Shown here in pieces: positions 26,606 through 30,000 of a stretch of 30,000 nt of DNA. Made by a program: the position numbers and the translations under genes. Under the pieces are notes generated by a model. That model was not told the origin of the DNA and searched no databases. It worked only from the letters and a program-made list of their open reading frames with translations. Every line of letters begins with the position of its first letter. The stretch's first letter is position 1. The stretch covers positions 198,136 through 228,135 of the forward strand of contig NZ_CP014137.1 of NCBI RefSeq assembly GCF_002291445.1, given 5' to 3'. The stretch comes from Brenneria goodwinii. Its GTDB lineage: Bacteria; Pseudomonadota; Gammaproteobacteria; Enterobacterales; Enterobacteriaceae.

Positions 26606-27895
26606 ATGTCGGAAGAAAAATTCGATGCCATCGTGGTTGGCGCAGGCTGTGCGGGCTGCGTCGCCGGTTATGTCATGGCAAAAGCCGGGCTGGATGTGCT
26701 GGTCATCGAGCGCGGCAATGCCGCCGGCAGCAAAAACATGACCGGGGGGCGCCTTTACGCGCACAGTCTGGAAAAAATCATGCCCGGCTTTGCGCAGGAA
26801 GCGCCGGTTGAGCGGAAGGTCACCCGGGAAAAGATCTCATTTCTTACAGACGAAAGCGCCGTCACCCTGGATTTCCACAGCGAACAACCGGATATCGCAT
26901 CGAAAGCCTCTTACACCGTGCTGCGCAACCTGTTCGATCCCTGGTTGATGGAAAAAGCGGAACAGGCCGGGGTGCAATTTATTCCTGGCGTCCGGGTCGA
27001 TTCTCTGCTCAGGGAAGGCCATCGGGTAACCGGGGTGCAAGCCGGCGAGGATTCGCTGGAAGCCAATATCGTCATTCTGGCCGACGGCGTTAACTCGCTT
27101 CTTGGCCGCGCTATCGGAATGGTGCCGGCATCCTCGCCTCATCACTATGCCGTGGGCGTCAAAGAAGTGATATCCCTGTCGTCATCCCAAATTGAAGACC
27201 GTTTTAATCTCTCTGCTGGCGAAGGCGCGGCCTGGCTGTTTGCCGGTTCGCCGTCAAACGGCCTGATGGGGGGCGGATTCCTTTACACCAATCGGGATTC
27301 CCTCTCGCTTGGGCTGGTCTGCGGCCTGGGCGACATGGGGCACGCCACCAAAAGCGTGCCGCAGATGCTGGAAGATTTTAAACAGCATCCCGCCGTTCGT
27401 CCGCTAATTCAGGGCGGCACGCTGTTGGAATATTCCGCGCATATGGTGCCGGAGGGCGGACTGGCGATGGTGCCGCCGCTGATGGACGACGGCGTGATGA
27501 TTGTCGGGGACGCGGCAGGGTTGTGCCTGAATCTGGGCTACACCGTCCGCGGGATGGATTTGGCCATAGCCTCGGCGGAAGCGGCGGCGTTGACCGCCAT
27601 TGAAGCGAAGAACAGCCAGGACTTTTCCGCCGGCGGGCTGGCGGCTTACAAGAAAAAACTGGAACAAAGCTTTGTGCTGCGCGATATGCACCTCTATCGC
27701 AAGCTGCCGGCGCTGATGGAGAATCCACGCTTGTTTAGCCAATATCCCCGGATGGTCGCCGACATCATGACCGATATGTTCATTATTGACGGTACCCCCA
27801 GTAAACCTGTGCGTTCAAAAATACTGACCCGGTCCAAACAGGTCGGGCTGATGAATCTGCTGAAGGATGGCATCAAAGGGGCGACGGCGTTATGA
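26606..27895 (+). CDS. ydiS: ETF-quinone-oxidoreductase-like FAD flavoprotein YdiS (FixC family)
   Basis: The 429-aa product has an N-terminal FAD fold (KFDAIVVGAGCAGCVAGYVMAKAGLDVLVIERG). It is collinear with E. coli YdiS through ..LLKDGIKGATAL. Confidence 0.95.
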   Translation: MSEEKFDAIVVGAGCAGCVAGYVMAKAGLDVLVIERGNAAGSKNMTGGRLYAHSLEKIMPGFAQEAPVERKVTREKISFLTDESAVTLDFHSEQPDIASKASYTVLRNLFDPWLMEKAEQAGVQFIPGVRVDSLLREGHRVTGVQAGEDSLEANIVILADGVNSLLGRAIGMVPASSPHHYAVGVKEVISLSSSQIEDRFNLSAGEGAAWLFAGSPSNGLMGGGFLYTNRDSLSLGLVCGLGDMGHATKSVPQMLEDFKQHPAVRPLIQGGTLLEYSAHMVPEGGLAMVPPLMDDGVMIVGDAAGLCLNLGYTVRGMDLAIASAEAAALTAIEAKNSQDFSAGGLAAYKKKLEQSFVLRDMHLYRKLPALMENPRLFSQYPRMVADIMTDMFIIDGTPSKPVRSKILTRSKQVGLMNLLKDGIKGATAL

Positions 27896-28185
27896 GCAGC
27901 GAAAATACGGTAAACGTGGACGTAAAACTGGGCGTCAATAAATTCAGGGTGGATGAAAGCAATCCGCATATTATCCTGGTCGAGAACCCCGATATGGAAC
28001 AGTTCCGCAAACTGATTAACGCCTGTCCCGCCGGCCTCTATAAGCAGGACGCCGAAGGCAATATCCATTTTGACTATGCGGGATGTTTGGAGTGCGGAAC
28101 GTGCCGGGTACTCTGCGGCGATACCATTCTGCAAAAATGGGAGTACCCCCAAGGCACCTTTGGTGTTGAGTTTCGTTTCGGCTAA
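27892..28185 (+). CDS. ydiT: Ferredoxin-like protein YdiT (FixX family)
   Basis: The 97-aa product has Cys motifs (..INACPAGLY.., ..YAGCLECGTCRVLC..). Its start overlaps the ydiS stop (ATGA), which indicates translational coupling. Confidence 0.93.
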   Translation: MSSENTVNVDVKLGVNKFRVDESNPHIILVENPDMEQFRKLINACPAGLYKQDAEGNIHFDYAGCLECGTCRVLCGDTILQKWEYPQGTFGVEFRFG

Positions 28186-28252
28186 TCCCCCTTTCATCGG
28201 GGAAGGCGTACTGGCCGGCTACGCCCCCTTCCTATGCAGGCGCCAGGGCTGG
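28186..28252 (+). repeat. Degenerate third copy of the two-hairpin extragenic repeat
   Basis: It starts at the first base after the ydiT stop. TCCCCCTTTCATCGGGGAAGG...GGCTACGCCCCCTTCCTATGCAGGCGCCAGGGCTGG aligns with gaps to copy 2. Hairpin A is retained and hairpin B is eroded. Confidence 0.4.
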
Positions 28253-28378
28253 CTTATCCGCTGAATACGGTTTCGGTGCGATAGGCCACCCCTTTTTATG
28301 TACGTAGCGACCCGACATGTCGGCTATTGACTGATAAAACGGCGCCGCGCGGCAGCCGTTATAACTGAGATAAGAAGA

Positions 28379-30000
28379 ATGACTGTCACAATAAAATTCA
28401 ATGCCGCACGCAGGGAAGCGTACCGACAACAAGGCTACTGGGGAGACGCATCACTCGGCGATTATTGGCATCATGCGGTTAAGACCGTACCGGAAAAGAT
28501 CGCCGTCATCGACAATCAGGGAACATCATATACCTACGCCGAACTGGATCGGGCGGCGGGAAGCCTGGCCGCTTATCTGCTGGACTGCGGTATCCTGCCG
28601 GGCGACAGCGTTGCTTTTCAGCTTCCCGGCTGGTGCGAATTCACGCTGATCTATCTGGCGTGTTTGAAAACGGGCGCCGTTTCAGTTCCACTGCTGCCCG
28701 CTTACCGCGAGACGGAACTCAACTGGATCCTCAATAAAAGCCAGGCCCGCGTCTTGTTCGTCCCCACAAAATTCAAAAACACCAATCCGCTGGAGAGAGT
28801 CGCCCCGTTACGTTCCCAACTCCCGTATCTACAGCAGGTGGTGGCGGTTGATAAGCTCGCGCCCGCTACGTCATCCCCGGCGCTCAGCCAGTTGCTGCAA
28901 GACTATTTGCCGCTGGAAAATCCCGTTAAGGTGCATGGCGATGAACTGGCCGTCGTGCTGTTTACCTCCGGTACGGAAGGCGTCCCCAAGGGCGTCATGC
29001 TGACGCATAACAATGTGCTTGCAAGCGAACGCGCCTATTGCGCCACGCTGAATCTGAACTGGCTGGATACGATATTGATGCCCGCGCCGCTGGCCCATGC
29101 CACCGGTTTTCTGCACGGCGTCACCGCCCCTTTCCTCATCGGGGCTCGCAGCGTGCTGCTGGATATTTTTAATCCGGTGGACTGCCTCACCCTGTTGGCG
29201 CGGGAAAGATGCACCTGTGTGATGGGCGCGACGCCTTTTGTCTACGATCTGCTGTGTACCGTGCAACAGCAGCATTACGACCTGTCTTCACTGCGTTTTT
29301 TCCTGTGCGGCGGCACCACCATTCCTAAAAAAATCACCCGCGACTGTTTACAGGTCGGCATAAAATTGCTGAGCGTCTACGGTGCGACGGAAAGTTCGCC
29401 CCATGCCGTCGTAAAACTCGACGATCCTATCTCCCGCGTGATCAATACTGACGGCATAGCCGCCCCTGGCGTTGAAATAAAAGTCGTCGACAAGGAGCGT
29501 AAGGTGGTGCCGCCCAATCAAGAAGGCGAAGAGGCATCCCGCGGCCCCAATGTTTTCATGGGCTATCTGGATGAACCCGAACTGACCGCGCGGGCATTGG
29601 ATGATGATGGCTGGTACTACAGCGGCGATCTCTGCCGGATGGATGAAGACGGTTACATCAAAATCACCGGGCGCAAAAAAGATATCATTGTCCGTGGCGG
29701 CGAGAATATCAGCAGTCGGGAGGTGGAAGAGATTCTGTTACAGCACCCGCGCGTGCGCGACGCCGGCGTCGTCGCCATGCCGGATGAGCGTTTGGGGGAA
29801 CGGTCTTGTGCCTATATCGTGCTGAAAACGCCTTACCAGACGCTGACGCTGGAAGAAGTGATCGCCTTTTTCAGCCGCAAGCGGGTTGCCAAATACAAAT
29901 ACCCGGAACATGTGGTTATTGTCGACAGTCTGCCGCGTACGGCTTCCGGGAAAATCAAAAAGTATCTGTTACGACAGGACATTATCCAGCGGCTGGCGAT
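28379..30000 (+). CDS. fadK: Short/medium-chain acyl-CoA synthetase FadK (YdiD); the 3' end (about 10 codons) lies beyond the window
   Basis: This gene is not in the supplied ORF track because no stop occurs before nt 30000. I checked the frame at four points (28379, 28961, 29582, 29930), all in the same phase. The translation MTVTIKFNAARREAYRQQGYWGDASLGDYW...FTSGTEGVPKGVMLTHNN...GWYYSGDLCRMDEDGYIKITGRKKDIIVRGGENIS...LPRTASGKIKKYLLRQDI is collinear with E. coli FadK. Confidence 0.92.
   Translation, partial: MTVTIKFNAARREAYRQQGYWGDASLGDYWHHAVKTVPEKIAVIDNQGTSYTYAELDRAAGSLAAYLLDCGILPGDSVAFQLPGWCEFTLIYLACLKTGAVSVPLLPAYRETELNWILNKSQARVLFVPTKFKNTNPLERVAPLRSQLPYLQQVVAVDKLAPATSSPALSQLLQDYLPLENPVKVHGDELAVVLFTSGTEGVPKGVMLTHNNVLASERAYCATLNLNWLDTILMPAPLAHATGFLHGVTAPFLIGARSVLLDIFNPVDCLTLLARERCTCVMGATPFVYDLLCTVQQQHYDLSSLRFFLCGGTTIPKKITRDCLQVGIKLLSVYGATESSPHAVVKLDDPISRVINTDGIAAPGVEIKVVDKERKVVPPNQEGEEASRGPNVFMGYLDEPELTARALDDDGWYYSGDLCRMDEDGYIKITGRKKDIIVRGGENISSREVEEILLQHPRVRDAGVVAMPDERLGERSCAYIVLKTPYQTLTLEEVIAFFSRKRVAKYKYPEHVVIVDSLPRTASGKIKKYLLRQDIIQRLA

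Noticed and set aside
1-30000. A search for CRISPR arrays, tRNA/rRNA genes, IS elements or transposases, integrases, prophage genes, toxin-antitoxin pairs and known defence-system signatures.
   Set aside because: I saw no spaced direct-repeat arrays and no tRNA-like T-loop/acceptor patterns. Every ORF over 100 aa with coding character is accounted for by conserved metabolic, transport or regulatory genes.

Overview
This is chromosomal DNA from an Enterobacterales-type gamma-proteobacterium. Gene content and order match E. coli-like loci and ERIC-type repeats are present; I cannot determine the genus by eye. Two conserved blocks are joined here.

Block 1 (1-9000) holds the 3' end of a yfiF-like SpoU/TrmH RNA methyltransferase and a DUF3574-like lipoprotein. 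On the minus strand it then carries mprA-emrA-emrB (MarR repressor plus MFS multidrug efflux pump) and proV-proW-proX (ProU glycine-betaine/proline ABC importer). A recognisable proU-type promoter and intrinsic terminators accompany these operons.

The junction consists of a gamma-glutamyltransferase-family gene without a signal peptide (9620-11206) and a 930-bp ORF-free spacer.

Block 2 (12137-30000) is the ydi locus. Its first part is ydiL, an aroL-type shikimate kinase, ydiM, a LysR regulator, ydiN, ydiB and aroD (a quinate/shikimate module). Its second part is ydiF-ydiO, ydiP (AraC), ydiQRST and fadK (CoA-transferase, acyl-CoA dehydrogenase, ETF, ferredoxin-like protein and acyl-CoA synthetase). 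fadK runs off the window end, which is why it is missing from the ORF track.

Non-coding content includes three copies of an ~85-bp two-hairpin extragenic repeat, each placed shortly 3' of a gene and in the same relative orientation. There is also one full and one half ERIC element, several hairpins and terminators, and an N-terminal relic of a third ydiM/ydiN-type MFS gene abutting ydiQ.

I see no rRNA/tRNA genes, CRISPR array, IS/transposase, integrase, prophage or recognisable defence/toxin genes. I do not see convincing evidence of a wholly new multi-gene system. The most checkable novelties are:
- the recruitment of a shikimate kinase and a LysR regulator into the ydiL-ydiB-aroD locus;
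- the MFS relic plus ERIC element directly upstream of ydiQRST-fadK;
- the gene-3'-associated repeat family;
- the unusually many 700-930 bp ORF-free spacers.

All homology statements are from reading the translations and from my memory of the E. coli K-12 proteins. No searches were run.
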